A stretch of 64,000 nucleotides of DNA, taken from positions 22,260,001-22,324,000 of the forward strand of contig CM059433.1 in the NCBI GenBank assembly GCA_030390025.1, given 5' to 3'. The notes below the pieces were generated by a model. That model searched no databases. It saw only the letters and a list, made by a program, of their open reading frames with translations, and was not told where the DNA came from. Shown here in pieces: positions 35,301-48,063 of this stretch (positions are counted from its first letter, which is position 1; each line of letters starts with the position of its first letter). A program made the position numbers and the translations under genes. Source of the stretch: Squalus acanthias. Taxonomy: Eukaryota.

Positions 35301-38300
35301 ACACTTGTTATGCTGCTCGTCATTGCCCCGACTTTTGTTGATATTCTCATCATTGCCTCAACACTTGTTGAGCTTCTAATCATTGCCCCGACACTTCTTG
35401 AGCTCCTCATCATTGCCTCGACACTTGTTGAGCTCCTCGTCATTGCCCCGGCATTTGTTGAGTTTCTCATCATTGCCTCGACACTTGTTAAGCTCCTCAT
35501 CATTGCCCTGACAGTTGTTGAGCTCCTCGTCATTGCCCTGACACTTGTTGAGCTCCTCGTCATTGCCCTGACACTTGTTGAGCTCCTCGTCATTGCCCCG
35601 ACACTTGTTGAGCTCCTCGTCATTGCCCCGGCATTTGTTGAGCTCCTCGTCATTGCCTCGACACTTGTTGAGCTCCTCGTCATTGCCTCGACACTTGTTG
35701 AGCTCCTCGTCATTGCCCCGGCATTTGTTGAGCTCCTCATCATTGCCCCGACACTTGTTGAGCTCCTCGTCATTGCCTCGACACTTGTTGAGCTCCTCGT
35801 CATTGCCCTGACACTTGTTGAGCTCCTCGTCATTGCCCTGACACTTGTTGAGCTACTCGTCATTGCCCCAACACTTGTTGAGCTCCTCGTCATTGCCCCG
35901 GCATTTGTTGAGCTACTCGTCATTGCCCCAACACTTGTTGAGCTCCTCGTCATTGCCCCGGCATTTGTTGAGCTCCTCGTCATTGCCTCGACACTTGCTG
36001 AGCTCCTCGTCATTGCCCCGGCATTTGTTGAGCTCCTCGTCATTGCCTCGATACTTGTTGAGCTTCTCATCATTGCCCCGACACTTGTTAAGCTCCTCGT
36101 CATTGCCTCGATACTTCTTGAGCTCCTCGTCATTGCCCCGGCATTTGTTGAGTTTCTCATTATTGCCCAGAGTTTTTTTGATATTCTCGTCATTGCCCCG
36201 TCACTTGTGGAGTTCCTCTTCATTGCCCTGACACTTGCTGAGCTTCTCGTCATTGCCCCGACTCTTGTTGATATTCTCGTCATTGCCCCGACACTTGTTG
36301 AGCTCCTCGTCATTACCCTGACACTTGTTGAGCTCCTCGTCATTGCCTTGACACTTGTTGAGCTCATCGTCATTGCCCTGACACTAGTTAAGCTCCTCGT
36401 CATTGCCTGGATTCTTTTTGAGCTCCTCATCATTGCCTCGACACTTTTTGAGCTCCTCGTTATTGCCTCAACACTTGTTGAGCTTCTCGTCATTGCCTCG
36501 ACACTTTTTGAGCTCCTCGTTATTGCTTCAACACTTGTTGAGCTTCTTTTCGTTGCCCTGACACTTGTTAAGCTCCTCGTCATTGCCCCGGCATTTGTTG
36601 AGTTTCTCGTCATTGACCTGACATTTGTTGAGCTCCTCGTCATTGCCCCGGCATTTGTTGAGCTCCTCGTCATTGCCCCGGCATTTGTTGAGTTTCTCGT
36701 CATTGCCCTGACACTTGTTGAGCTCCTCGTCATTGCCCCGACACTTGTTGAGCTCCTCGTCATTGTCTCGACACTTGTTGAGCTCCTCGTCATTGTCTCG
36801 ACACTTGTTGAGCTCCTCGTCATTGCCCCGACACTTGTTGAGCTCCTCGTCATTGCCCCGGCATTTGTTGAGTTTCTCATCATTGCCCTGACACTTGTTG
36901 AGCTCCTCGTCATTGCCCCGACACTTGTTGAGCTCCTCGTCATTGCCTCGACTCTTGCTGAGCTCCTCGTCATTGCCTCGACACTTGTTGAGCTCCTCGT
37001 CATTGCCCCGGCATTTGTTGAGTTTATCTTCATTGCCCTGACACTTGTTGAGCTCCTCGTCATTGCCCAGAGACTTGTTGAGCTCCTCGTCATTGCCTCG
37101 ACTCTTGCTGAGCTCCTCGTCATTGCCTCGACACTTGTTGAGCTCCTCGTCATTGCCTCGACACTTGTTGAGCTCCTTGTCATTGCCCCGGCATTTGTTG
37201 AGCTCCTCGTCATTGCCCCGGCATTTGTTGAGCTCCTCGTCATTGCCCTGACACTTGTTGAGCTCCTCGTCATTGCCTCGACACTTGTTGAGCTCCTCGT
37301 CATTGCCTCGACACTTGTTGAGCTCCTCGTCATTGCCTCAACACTTGTTGAGCTCCTCGTCATTGCCTCGACACTTGTTGAGCTCCTCATCATTGCCTCA
37401 ACACTTGTTGAGCTCCTCATCATTGCCTCAACACTTGTTGAGCTCCTCATCATTGCCTCAACACTTGTTGAGCTCCTCATCATTGCCTCAACACTTGTTG
37501 AGCTCCTCATCATTGCCTCAACACTTGTTGAGCTCCTCATCATTGCCTCAACACTTGTTGAGCTCCTCATCATTGCCTCAACACTTGTTGAGCTCCTCAT
37601 CATTGCCCCGGCATTTGTTGAGCTCCTCGTCATTGCCTCGACACTTGTTGAGCTCCTCGTCATTGCCCCGGCATTTGTTGAGCTTCTTGTCATTGCCTCA
37701 ACACTTGCTGAGCTTCTTGTCATTGCCTCGACACTTGTTGAGCTCCTCGTCATTGCCTCGACACTTGTTGAGCTTCTTTTCATTGCCCCGGCATTTGTTG
37801 AGTTTCTCGTCATTGCCCCAACACTTGTTGAGCTCCTCGTCATTGCCCAGAGACTTGTTGAGCTCCTCGTCATTGCCTCGACTCTTGCTGAGCTCCTCGT
37901 CATTGCCTTGACACTTGTTGAGCTCCTCGTCATTGCCCCGGCATTTGTTGAGTTTCTCGTCATTGCCATGACACTTGTTGAGCTCCTCGTCATTGCCCAG
38001 AGACTTGTTGAGCTCCTCGTCATTGCCTCGACTCTTGCTGAGCTCCTCGTCATTGCCTCGACACTTGTTGAGCTCCTTGTCATTGCCCCGGCATTTGTTG
38101 AGCTCCTCGTCATTGCCCCGGCATTTGTTGAGCTCCTCGTCATTGCCTCGACACTTGTTGAGCTTCTCGTCATTGCCTCGACACTTGTTGAGCTCCTCGT
38201 CATTGCCTCAACACTTGTTGAGCTCCTCATCATTGCCTCAACACTTGTTGAGCTCCTCGTCATTGCCTCAACACTTGTTGAGCTCCTCGTCATTGCCTCA

Positions 38301-41300
38301 ACACTTGTTGAGCTTCTTGTTATTGCCCAGACACTTGTTGAGCTCCTCGTCATTGCCCCGGCATTTGTTGAGTTTCTCGTCATTGCCCTGACACTTGTTG
38401 ACCTTCTCTTCATTGCCTCGACACTTGTTGAGCTTCTCGACATTGCCCTGACACTTGTTGAGCTCCTCGTCATTGCCCCGACACTTGTTGAGCTCCTCGT
38501 CATTGTCTCGACACTTGTTGAGCTCCTCGTCATTGCCCCGACACTTGTTGAGCTCCTCGTCATTGCCCCGGCATTTGTTGAGTTTCTCATCATTGCCCCA
38601 ACACTTGTTGAGCTCCTCGTCATTGCCTCGACACTTGTTGAGCTCCTCGTCATTGCCCCGACACTTGTTGAGCTCCTCGTCATTGCCCCGGCATTTGTTG
38701 AGTTTCTCATCATTGCCCCAACACTTGTTGAGCTCCTCGTCATTGCCTCGACACTTGTTGAGCTCCTCGTCATTGCCTCGACACTTGTTGAGCTCCTCGT
38801 CATTGCCCCGGCATTTGTTGAGTTTATCTTCATTGCCCTGACACTTGTTGATCTCCTCGTTATTGCCCAGAGACTTGTTGAGCTCCTCGTCATTGCCTCG
38901 ACTCTTGCTGAGCTCCTCGTCATTGCCTCGACACTTGTTGAGCTCCTTGTCATTGCCCCGGCATTTGTTGAGCTCCTCGTCATTGCCCCGGCATTTGTTG
39001 AGCTCCTCGTCATTGCCTCGACACTTGTTGAGCTCCTCATCATTGCCTCGACACTTGTTGAGCTCCTCATCATTGCCTCAACACTTGTTGAGCTCCTCAT
39101 CATTGCCTCAACACTTGTTGAGCTCCTCGTCATTGCCTCGACACTTGTTGAGCTTCTCGTCATTGCCTCGACACTTGTTGAGCTCCTCATCATTGCCTCA
39201 ACACTTGTTGAGCTCCTCATCATTGCCTCAACACTTGTTGAGCTCCTCGTCATTGCCTCAACACTTGTTGAGCTCCTCGTCATTGCCTCGACACTTGTTG
39301 AGCTCCTCGTCATTGCCTCGACACTAATTGAGCTCCTCGTCATTGCCTCGACACTTGTTGAGCTCCTCGTCATTGCCCTGACACTTGTTGACCTTCTCTT
39401 CATTGCCTCGACACTTGTTGAGCTCCTCGTCATTGCCCCGGCATTTGTTGAGTTTCTCATCATTGCCCTGACACTTGTTGAGCTCCTCGTCATTGCCCCG
39501 ACACTTGTTGAGCTCCTCGTCATTGCCTCGACTCTTGCTGAGCTCCTCGTCATTGCCTCGACACTTGTTGAGCTCCTCGTCATTGCCCCGGCATTTGTTG
39601 AGTTTATCTTCATTGCCCTGACACTTGTTGAGCTCCTCGTCATTGCCCAGAGACTTGTTGAGCTCCTCGTCATTGCCTCGACTCTTGCTGAGCTCCTCGT
39701 CATTGCCTCGACACTTGTTGAGCACCTCGTCATTGCCCCGGCATTTGTTGAGCTCCTCGTCATTGCCCTGACACTTGTTGAGCTCCTCGTCATTGCCTCG
39801 ACACTTGTTGAGCTCCTCGTCATTGCCTCAACACTTGTTGAGCTCCTCGTCATTGCCTCGACACTTGTTGAGCTCCTCATCATTGCCTCAACACTTGTTG
39901 AGCTCCTCATCATTGCCTCAACACTTGTTGAGCTCCTCGTCATTGCCTCAACACTTGTTGAGCTCCTCGTCATTGCCTCGACACTTGTTGAGCTCCTCAT
40001 CATTGCCCCGGCATTTGTTGAGCTCCTCGTCATTGCCTCGACACTTGTTGAGCTCCTCGTCATTGCCCCGGCATTTGTTGAGCTTCTTGTCATTGCCTCA
40101 ACACTTGCTGAGCTTCTTGTCATTGCCTCGACACTTGTTGAGCTCCTCGTCATTGCCTCGACACTTGTTGAGCTTCTTGTCATTGCCCCGGCATTTGTTG
40201 AGTTTCTCGTCATTGCCCCAAAACTTGTTGAGCTCCTCGTCATTGCCCCGACACTTGTTGAGCTCCTCGTCATTGCCGCGGCATTTGTTGAGTTTCTCGT
40301 CATTGCCATGACACTTGTTGAGCTCCTCATCATTGCCCAGAGACTTGTTGAGCTCCTCATCATTGCCTCAACTCTTGCTGAGCTCCTCGTCATTGCCTCG
40401 ACACTTGTTGAGCTCCTCGTCATTGCCCCGGCATTTGTTGAGCTCCTCGTCATTGCCCCGGCATTTGTTGAGCTTCTTTTCATTGCCCCGGCATTTGTTG
40501 AGCTCCTCATCATTGCCTCGACACTTGTTGAGCTCCTCATCATTGCCTCGACACTTGTTGAGCTCCTCATCATTGCCTCGACACTTGTTGAGCTCCTCAT
40601 CATTGCCTCAACACTTGTTGAGCTCCTCATCATTGCCTCGACACTTGTTGAGCTCCTCATCATTGCCTCAACACTTGTTGAGCTCCTCGTCATTGCCTCA
40701 ACACTTGTTGAGCTCCTCATCATTGCCTCAACACTTGTTGAGCTCCTCGTCATTGCCTCAACACTTGTTGAGCTCCTCATCATTGCCTCAACACTTGTTG
40801 AGCTCCTCGTCATTGCCTCGACACTTGTTGAGCTTCTCGACATTGCCCCAAAACTTGTTGAGCTCCTCGTCATTGCCCCAACACTTGTTCAGCTCTTCGT
40901 CATTGCCCCGGCACTTGTTGAGCTCCTTGTCATTGCCCCGACACTTGTTGAGCTCCTTGTCATTGCCCCGACACTTGTTGAGCTCCTCGTCATTGCCTCG
41001 ACACTTGTTGAGCTCCTTGTCATTGCCCCGACACTTGTTGAGCTCCTCATCATTGCCCCGGCACTTGTTGAGCTCCTTGTCATTGCCCCGACACTTGTTG
41101 AGCTCCTCGTCATTGCCTCAGCACTTGTTGAGCTTCTCGTCATTGCCTCAACACTTTTTGAGCTCCTTGTCATTGCCCTGACACTTGTTGAGCTCCTCAT
41201 CATTGCCTCGACACTTTTTGAGCTCCTTGTCATTGCCCCAACACTTGTTGAGCTCCTTGTCATTGCCCCGACACTTGTTGAGCTCCTTGTCATTGCCCCG

Positions 41301-41631
41301 ACACTTGTTGAGCTCCTCGTCATTGCCTCGACACTTGTTGAGCTCCTTGTCATTGCCCCGACACTTGTTGAGCTCCTCGTCATTGCCCCGACACTTGTTG
41401 AGCTCCTCGTCATTGCCTTGACACTTGTTGAGCTTCTTGTCATTGCCTCGACACTTGTTGAGCTCCTCGTCATTGCCCCAACACTTGTTGAGCTCCTCGT
41501 CATTGCCTTGACACTTGTTGAGCTTCTTGTCATTGGCTCGACACTTGTTGAGCTCCTCGTCATTGCCTCGACACTTGTTGAGCTCCTCGTCATTGCCCCA
41601 ACACTTGTTGAGCTCCTCGTCATTGCCCCGA
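32350..41631. repeat. 30-bp tandem array, main segment (~309 units)
   Basis: Same consensus. One 29-bp unit at ~34478; regional unit variants and block duplications. Confidence 0.98.
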
Positions 41632-43281
41632 TGTAGGGGGTGGTGGATTGTGTCAGCTTCACCTCTGACTTCTGAGCGGTTCGAAACGCTCCCATACCCT
41701 TGGTTCTAGACCTTGGACTTATTTGGTGATTGTGACAAAAGGTGCAGCAGACAACTGAGTTTGAGGAAAAGAACTTCAATCTTTATTCAAAAGGTAAATC
41801 ATAAATGACAACACTCTTAACACTCTAAAGGTGGGGAACACTTCGGTACAAGCGGGGGAAATGACAGTAGAACAATACTTCACCCCTCCCAACCTCACTT
41901 TTCTAGCTAAGTTAGGCTTTGAAGGACCAGGGATAATGCTTACCTATCCTTTGACAGTTGGGCTAAATCGCGGTTTTGGGGTTCGCTGTTTATGGCGGTT
42001 AGTGTCTGCCGTACCCTGTACGCGGTAGAGGACTTCACCTGCGTCTCTGGTCACTCGTCGCGAGTCCGCTGATGCGGTAGGGTGTGTTTTGGATATATCA
42101 GGTGAGTACCCAATTTCCTTTGGTTAGGAGTAGGGTTTAGAGTCTTTTGGTAGAAATCTTACCCAGGGGTAAGTCAGGAGTAGTTTGTAGTGTGGAAACT
42201 TTGCGGTTCTTCTGGTTTTCTTTCTTTGAGTTGGTCTTTGTTGGTCGCGGTGGCCTGCTATTACCGGTCAGTTGGGGGTAATGTGCGGTTGTTGGTTTTG
42301 TGAGGCCTTTGGTTTCCGCGATGGCTTTAGGCCTTGTCTAGTGTGTCGGTCGACCTTGTGGAGCCGTCGATGTCTTCTTGCTGCTTGTTGCTCCGGGTGA
42401 CTGTGTTGGGACCGTTGTTGGAGGTCCATCGAGGTGGTATCTTCACGGGTTGGACTCAGGTGTGTCTGAGTGGTGAGCGATACCGACTCGCTTCCAGCTC
42501 GGTTTGTCTTCTTCCTGGTTTCTTCTTCTTCTGATGACCACCGACTGCGACTGACCTTGAACTGCTTAACGGGCCTTCAATTATACTAAATTGAAGTGGC
42601 CTTATCTACCCGCCAAATCTACTCAGTTCATTGTCTGGTTTTTGGCGGGCTCGTAAATCAGTAACGACTTACTAACGCATTAACTGGTTTTTAACAGGCC
42701 TTCAATCTCACCCATTGAACATGGCCTTATCTACCCGCCAAATCTACTCAGTTCATTGTCTGGTTTTGGCGGGCCTGTTACCAGTAACTGCTCTAAGTGT
42801 CAAATGGCCTTTGGGATGGTTTGCATCCTATCGATCTCCTTGCTTGATCACTGGTGATTGATTTCGTGTTTAGGTTTCTAGGCTGGACTCGATCTTTTCT
42901 ATAGAATGGTCCTGAGTGGGTTTTATTATGCATGTTTTCTGATGGGCCCTGTAATCGGTTTGATGGGGCCTGTTATTTTGGGTGGGACTGCTCTTTCCCT
43001 GGGTCTATTGTTCAAATGTTAATGTCTGCTGGGGCTTGAGTGGGGTCATCCCGGTTCCCCCAGACAGTGTAATTAACTGAAATAACCAAAACTGCTTTTA
43101 CAGAGGTCGAACCCACCTCCTTGTCCCTTTACAGGCCCAGACATCGTTTTAAAATGCCAAAACATGGTTTTTGGTCTTAAATTCCTTATGTTAGGCCCAA
43201 ATGCATTTTTATCACTCTGAGGTAGTTCCAAAGTCCTTTTTCCTTCGGTTTTGGGGCTCTGTAAATTTTGGAAACCTTACA
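41632..43281 (-). mobile_element. Solo LTR (1650 bp) inserted in the 30-bp array
   Basis: Termini TGTAGG...CCTTACA (TG..CA, short inverted repeat) and 4-bp flanks CCGA/CCGG. Minus-strand AATAAA at 41782-41787 and an internal duplicated block. No recognisable coding sequence. Confidence 0.78.
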
Positions 43282-43412
43282 CCGGCACTTGTTGAGCGCC
43301 TCGTCATTGCCCCGACACTTGTTGAGCTTCTCATCATTGCCTCGACAATTGTTGAGCTCCTCATCATTGTCTCGACACTTGTTGAGCTCCTCGTCTTTGC
43401 CCCAACACCTGT
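43282..43412. repeat. 30-bp tandem array, right terminal segment (~4 units)
   Basis: The array resumes in register after the LTR and decays into unique sequence. Confidence 0.93.
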
Positions 43413-43571
43413 TGCGCTTGGGCTTGGACCATGGCCTCAATGCTTTCGCACGGACTTTCTTGGTTACAGTGAGCACCACGTATAGCGGGCAAATTGTGTT
43501 GACGCCAGTGGGGACAGAACATTAGTATTGCGATAGTTTATTGTCATCAGTTCAGGCCAGTTCTACTGATC

Positions 43572-43712
43572 CAAAAGGAAAATACTGCGGATGCTGGAAA
43601 TCTGAAATAAAAGCAGAAAATGCTGACATCGACCTGAAACGTGAACTCTGTTTCTCTCTCCACAGATGCTGCCTGACCTGCTGAGTATTTCCAGCATTTT
43701 CTGTTTTTATTT
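43572..43712. mobile_element. Penelope-type short insert with inverted segment, 14-bp TSD
   Basis: CAGTTCTACTGATC at 43558-43571 and 43713-43726. CTGAAATAAAAGCAGAAAATGCTG and CAGCATTTTCTGTTTTTATTTCAG are inverted. Confidence 0.75.
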
Positions 43713-43904
43713 CAGTTCTACTGATCACTGTGGAGGCAGTTCCCCATTAGTAGGGAAAAGTTTGTATTTGAAAACCACCTTCCTGCGTTCCTCATCACTG
43801 TTCTGGCACAATTAAGACAACACTGCAATCTTTGAAATAGTTCGATTTTGGATGTTTTAGAAGAATTTAGCAGGAAATTTGCCCTCAAATCTTCCTGAAA
43901 CATA

Positions 43905-44591
43905 GGGGGGGAATGTTAACCCCTCCCCCCAGAACGGGCGGGAGAGGGGCTAGGGGGTTAAATTCTTATAAATGGGAAACCCGACCCCAACCCATTGCAA
44001 ACGCGCCTACTTCCGGTTTAACCGGGACCAGTTGGGGGCATCTGATTAACCCGCTTTCACGGGTCAGTGTAAGTAGAATATTTAAATGAGGCTGCATGCC
44101 TCATATGTTAGTGGCCATTTGGATTTAATGGCTGCGGGCTGGGTTTCCCAGGGCTCGGGAAACACGGCAGCTGAAGGGAGGTGAGAACAGCTGGCTGCAG
44201 CAGGTAAGTGCTTTTCCACTGCACTGCTTGTGGGCCAAGAGGAGCAGGAGTGCTTCCCCCCGGCCCGACAAGCAAATCTGCCTCCCTCCCCGCCATCGGC
44301 CGAACCCCTCCTCGCAATCTCTACATCCCCCTGCGATCTCCATACCACCTCCCTGTAATCTCCACACCCCTTTGGAATCTCCAGACATCCTCCCCGTCAT
44401 CTCCACACCTCCTTCCTGCAATCCAATGTCTCCCCCTCCCCACGATCTCCAGATGCCCTCCCCACGATCTCCAGACCCCCTCCATTTGAGCCCATGTCTC
44501 CCCGATCTCCACCTTTCCCGTGTTTCCGTGTTTCCCAGCTGCTGACAATTACCCCCCGCTCCCTCCCCGCCTCCCCGTAAATATCGGGGCC
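43905..44591. mobile_element. Older non-autonomous DNA element with internal C-rich short repeats
   Basis: ATA flanks on both sides, G-rich start, ..AAATATCGGGGCC end, and repeated (CCCACGATCTCC)-like units at 44310-44520. Confidence 0.55.
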
Positions 44592-44659
44592 ATAGTAATT
44601 GCAAAGCTCAAAGTAAACTCAAACTTCTGATAAAGTGACCGTTTACCCTGGTCACCTTT

Positions 44660-44878
44660 GCTGCTCTTTTCCTGCACCCCACCCCCCCGACTTTTCCCTG
44701 GTTCTGTACTTGCTTTAGAAGCTGCTCATCTGTAAGATCTTCCAGATCTGTTGAAAGGTCATCGACCTGAAGTGTTAACTCTGTTTCTCTCTCCACAGAT
44801 GCTGACTGACCTGCTGAGTATTTCCAGTATTTTCTGGTTTTATTTCAGATTTCCAGCATCCACAGTACTTTGCTTTTG
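44660..44878 (+). mobile_element. Penelope-type repeat 3' fragment
   Basis: CTGTTGAAAGGTCATCGACCTGAAGTGTTAACTCTGTTTCTCTCTCCACAGATGCTG...CAGATTTCCAGCATC. Confidence 0.7.
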
Positions 44879-45608
44879 TTCATGTGGGTCTTTGCAGCTC
44901 CTATAACCACAGTCCTCATGAGTTATCCCACCATAGATAAATATTAGTGCTCCAGATTTTCACTTTAAATAATTTTGGTCGATATCCCTCTGTATGTCCT
45001 TCAACCTTTCATAACAATAGGACAGAACCTTTTGTAATAATAACAATGAAAAAGTGTACTTCTCTCTTGTTAAATTGTAACACTTTCACCTTTGCGGAAG
45101 GAAATCCTAATCTTTTATTAAACATTACAGCACTTCAGAGTATGAGTGATGGAGAATACATTCTGCCTGCAGCTGTTTTGATTCATTAGCTTCTGTCAGT
45201 CAAACTGAACATGAAAGATAAGGATAGGCTATACTGGTGCAATGAGTCCCACTTTGACTGAAAGATTAAATTCCATTCACACGTACTCAGTGTGAAAAGG
45301 CTCCAAAAAAAAGCAAGCTGCCATTCTTGACAGAACTTTACATTTGGGTCTTCCGAAAGAATTCTCACTCAAACATTTAATTTTAACGATTATGTTGTCA
45401 TGGGTCCAGCTTTATGAAGTTTACAAACTTTTTCCCCATTCAGCAACTTTTTACGTCTTAGAGCAAAAGCTGACGAGATTTTGGTCAGAAAGCTTGCAAT
45501 GCAGCCGGAAGTGAAAAATGACAATCGTTGAAAGTAGAACAGAGTTTATTCTGATATGACAGCCATGGAACTTCCCAACTTCATGGACAGTTGGGGATTA
45601 TTACATAA

Positions 45609-46130
45609 AGGGGTCGATTTTAACCGTCCCCTCCTGGGGGTATCGGGGTGGGAAGGCTCTCAAAACCGTCCCATTAGTGCCCCATTCCCGCTGGAATCTC
45701 GTTGGTTGCCATTTTAGGCAGCAGGCAGGTACCTCATGAATGTAAGCAAACTGGGGACCGATGATGTCTTTGGGACCCCGATGCAATTTTAACTGGGCGA
45801 GTCAGAAGTCCTGCCCAGCGACCAACCGCTGAGTAAAACCTCGTGGGATTGGCTTCAGGCACTGGCTGACTCACTGATTGCAAGCACTACTTAAAGGGGC
45901 ACTCAACTACAAGTACTCAGATCATAAGGATCTGTGTGCTATTGTCCTTAGTGGATTTCCATGGCATTTTTCAACTTGGAGATTGCTTCTTTGTATTGCT
46001 TTGCGACTTGCTCACCTTGATTAAGCTCGCACAGCTTATCATGGGTGCTACAGAAGAATTGGGTGAAGGTGAGGGAGAAGCAGAAGGAGGGCGCACTCAA
46101 CGCACTGCAGACGGAGAGGCCAGGGATCAG
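45609..46130 (+). mobile_element. Decayed Harbinger-like terminus/promoter fragment
   Basis: Starts GGGGTCGATTTTAAC (compare the Harbinger-4 TIR), has a CTTAAAGGG box and an ATGGGTGC.. start resembling transposase N-termini. Confidence 0.45.
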
Positions 46131-46354
46131 TTAATTGAACAGCATTTCTGGTAACCTGCTCATTCCCCTCCTCTTAAAAGTGGCACAAAGCCCCTCTGCA
46201 TTTACAGTCCTTTCTACCCTTTTCGCCATTCCCTTAAAGCTGCATTAAAGAACATTGAAACCATTCAGGCAATTTTCATATGAATGACATACAGACAATG
46301 CAAACTCAGAAGCTGCCATGAAAAGACACTGCAGACCAAAGTGCCAAATGTGAA

Positions 46355-46712
46355 AGAATCATAGACTCATGGAATCCACCAGCACAGAAGGAGGCCAGTT
46401 TGCCCGTGTCGGCTCTTTAAAAGAGCACTCCAATTAGTCCCACTCCTCTGCCCTTTCCCCATAGCCCTGCAACTTTTTCTTTTTCAACTATTTATCCAAT
46501 TCTCTTTTGAAAGTTACTATTGAATCTGCTTCCACCACCCTTTCAGGCAGTGCATTCCAGATCACAACAACTTGCTGCGTAAAAAAAAAATTCTCATCTT
46601 CCCTCTGACTTTTTGGTCAATTATCTTAAATTTGTATTCTCTGGTTACCAATCCACCTGGCAGTGGAAACAGTTTCTCCCTATTTACTCCATCGAACCCC
46701 TCATAATTTTAA
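46355..46712 (-). mobile_element. CR1 3' fragment
   Basis: Reverse-complement similarity to 58560-58920. Confidence 0.8.
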
Positions 46713-47299
46713 AGGTGATAATTTAAGAAATGATAAACTTGATAAATTAATGGCAAGCACAATAATTGCCATAGATTCATCTATCACCCAAATGCCAACC
46801 CATGGTGCCATTATAAAAAGGTTTACTAACTCTGCTACTCCTACGAGTTGCTCCCCCACAGGCCTCAGCAAAGATGGCGGAAGGCTGCTGTTAGTCATGT
46901 TGGGATATTCAGATGCTCATGGCCGATGACTTCTGGGAGCTCGAACCTGATCGGGCCCGGGATGCACTCGGCTGTACTTCAGCTGTCCATCTAAGCTGGT
47001 GGGTATTGGTTGACGGGGTGGCTAGGGAGCAGATCTGTTACCATTGTGCCACTGCCACTCCTGTGAGGGTGACAGCAGGATGAGTGGTGCATTGAAAGTC
47101 CTTATCTATTCTGTCTACTGGTCTCTGCAAGGTGGAGCCCAGAGTCTGGATGGCAATGTTTGAGCTTCCATCAAAGCTCAAACAACCCACTGAACCATTT
47201 GAAGTGAAAATTGTGCAGAAAAAGGAACTCAGCCAGATTCAACATCACTATAACTTCCATCTTTAATTTTGATTGCCTTCGTCATTCTTGACAATAAAT

Positions 47300-48063
47300 G
47301 GCCCTGAAATTCGCCTCTCCGGCTTGCCACGGGGGTAAGGATTGCGCGCGCACTTACCTACCGCGCCTGCCGTTGTGTTTTGGGCCCACAGGAACTTCAG
47401 CTCCTGGGCCTGCTCCAATTGCCGGCGCGCAGTGCTTGCGTGTTCCAGGGGCGCAGTTAGTGTGATGCGTCCCCTGGGATCACGTGGGCCACGGAGAGCC
47501 AATGGCAGCAGACCATCTTTCATTCATAGATTTGACAGGAAGACCTGTCAAATCTGTGAATTGAAATCGGCCCAAAAGAACAGCTAAACTTAAAATAAAT
47601 TTTTTAAAAAACCATCACATTTATAAAATACCTATAGTTAAATAAATTAACCACTTTAAACAAAAATTTTAATTTTTGAAAAAATTAAAATACTTTTTAA
47701 CAGTGCTAAAAATAAACTTACCTTTCTTTAAAGTATCTAAAAAAGATAAACCTGTTGAAATTTTTTTTAAATTATACTTAATTAACCACTTACTTTGTTG
47801 AAAACGGCTCCTGCGTCTCCTTTTTAAATGTGCAGGTTCTTCAATACTTACCCTCCCGGAGAAACCTGAAAAAAAACCTAAGATTGCTGCGTGCGCGCAG
47901 CCTCTACCGCGCACGCGGTTCACCTAGGAACCGCCCCCTTCACCAGACCGGAAGTTCCGGTTTCCCGCGCATGCGCAGTGCATGCAGGAAACCGGCACTT
48001 CGGGACGCCTTATGGGTGAGTATGCACTGTGTACTCACCCGGGAAGGGCCGAATTTTTGGCCC
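47300..48063 (+). mobile_element. Hairpin-rich MITE, family B
   Basis: TIRs GGCCCTGAAATTCG / CGAATTTTTGGCCC; AAT TSD. Confidence 0.85.

Noticed and set aside
32289..41779. 2140-aa, 2172-aa, 759-aa and 721-aa ORFs as real genes
   Set aside because: They are translations of a 30-bp tandem unit whose consensus codons in these frames cannot reach a stop by transition. They are open on both strands and are interrupted by a LINE and an LTR. Kept only as a hypothesis in findings.
21695..43412. CRISPR-like array (30-bp period)
   Set aside because: Contiguous units with no unique spacers, no cas genes, and a vertebrate context.
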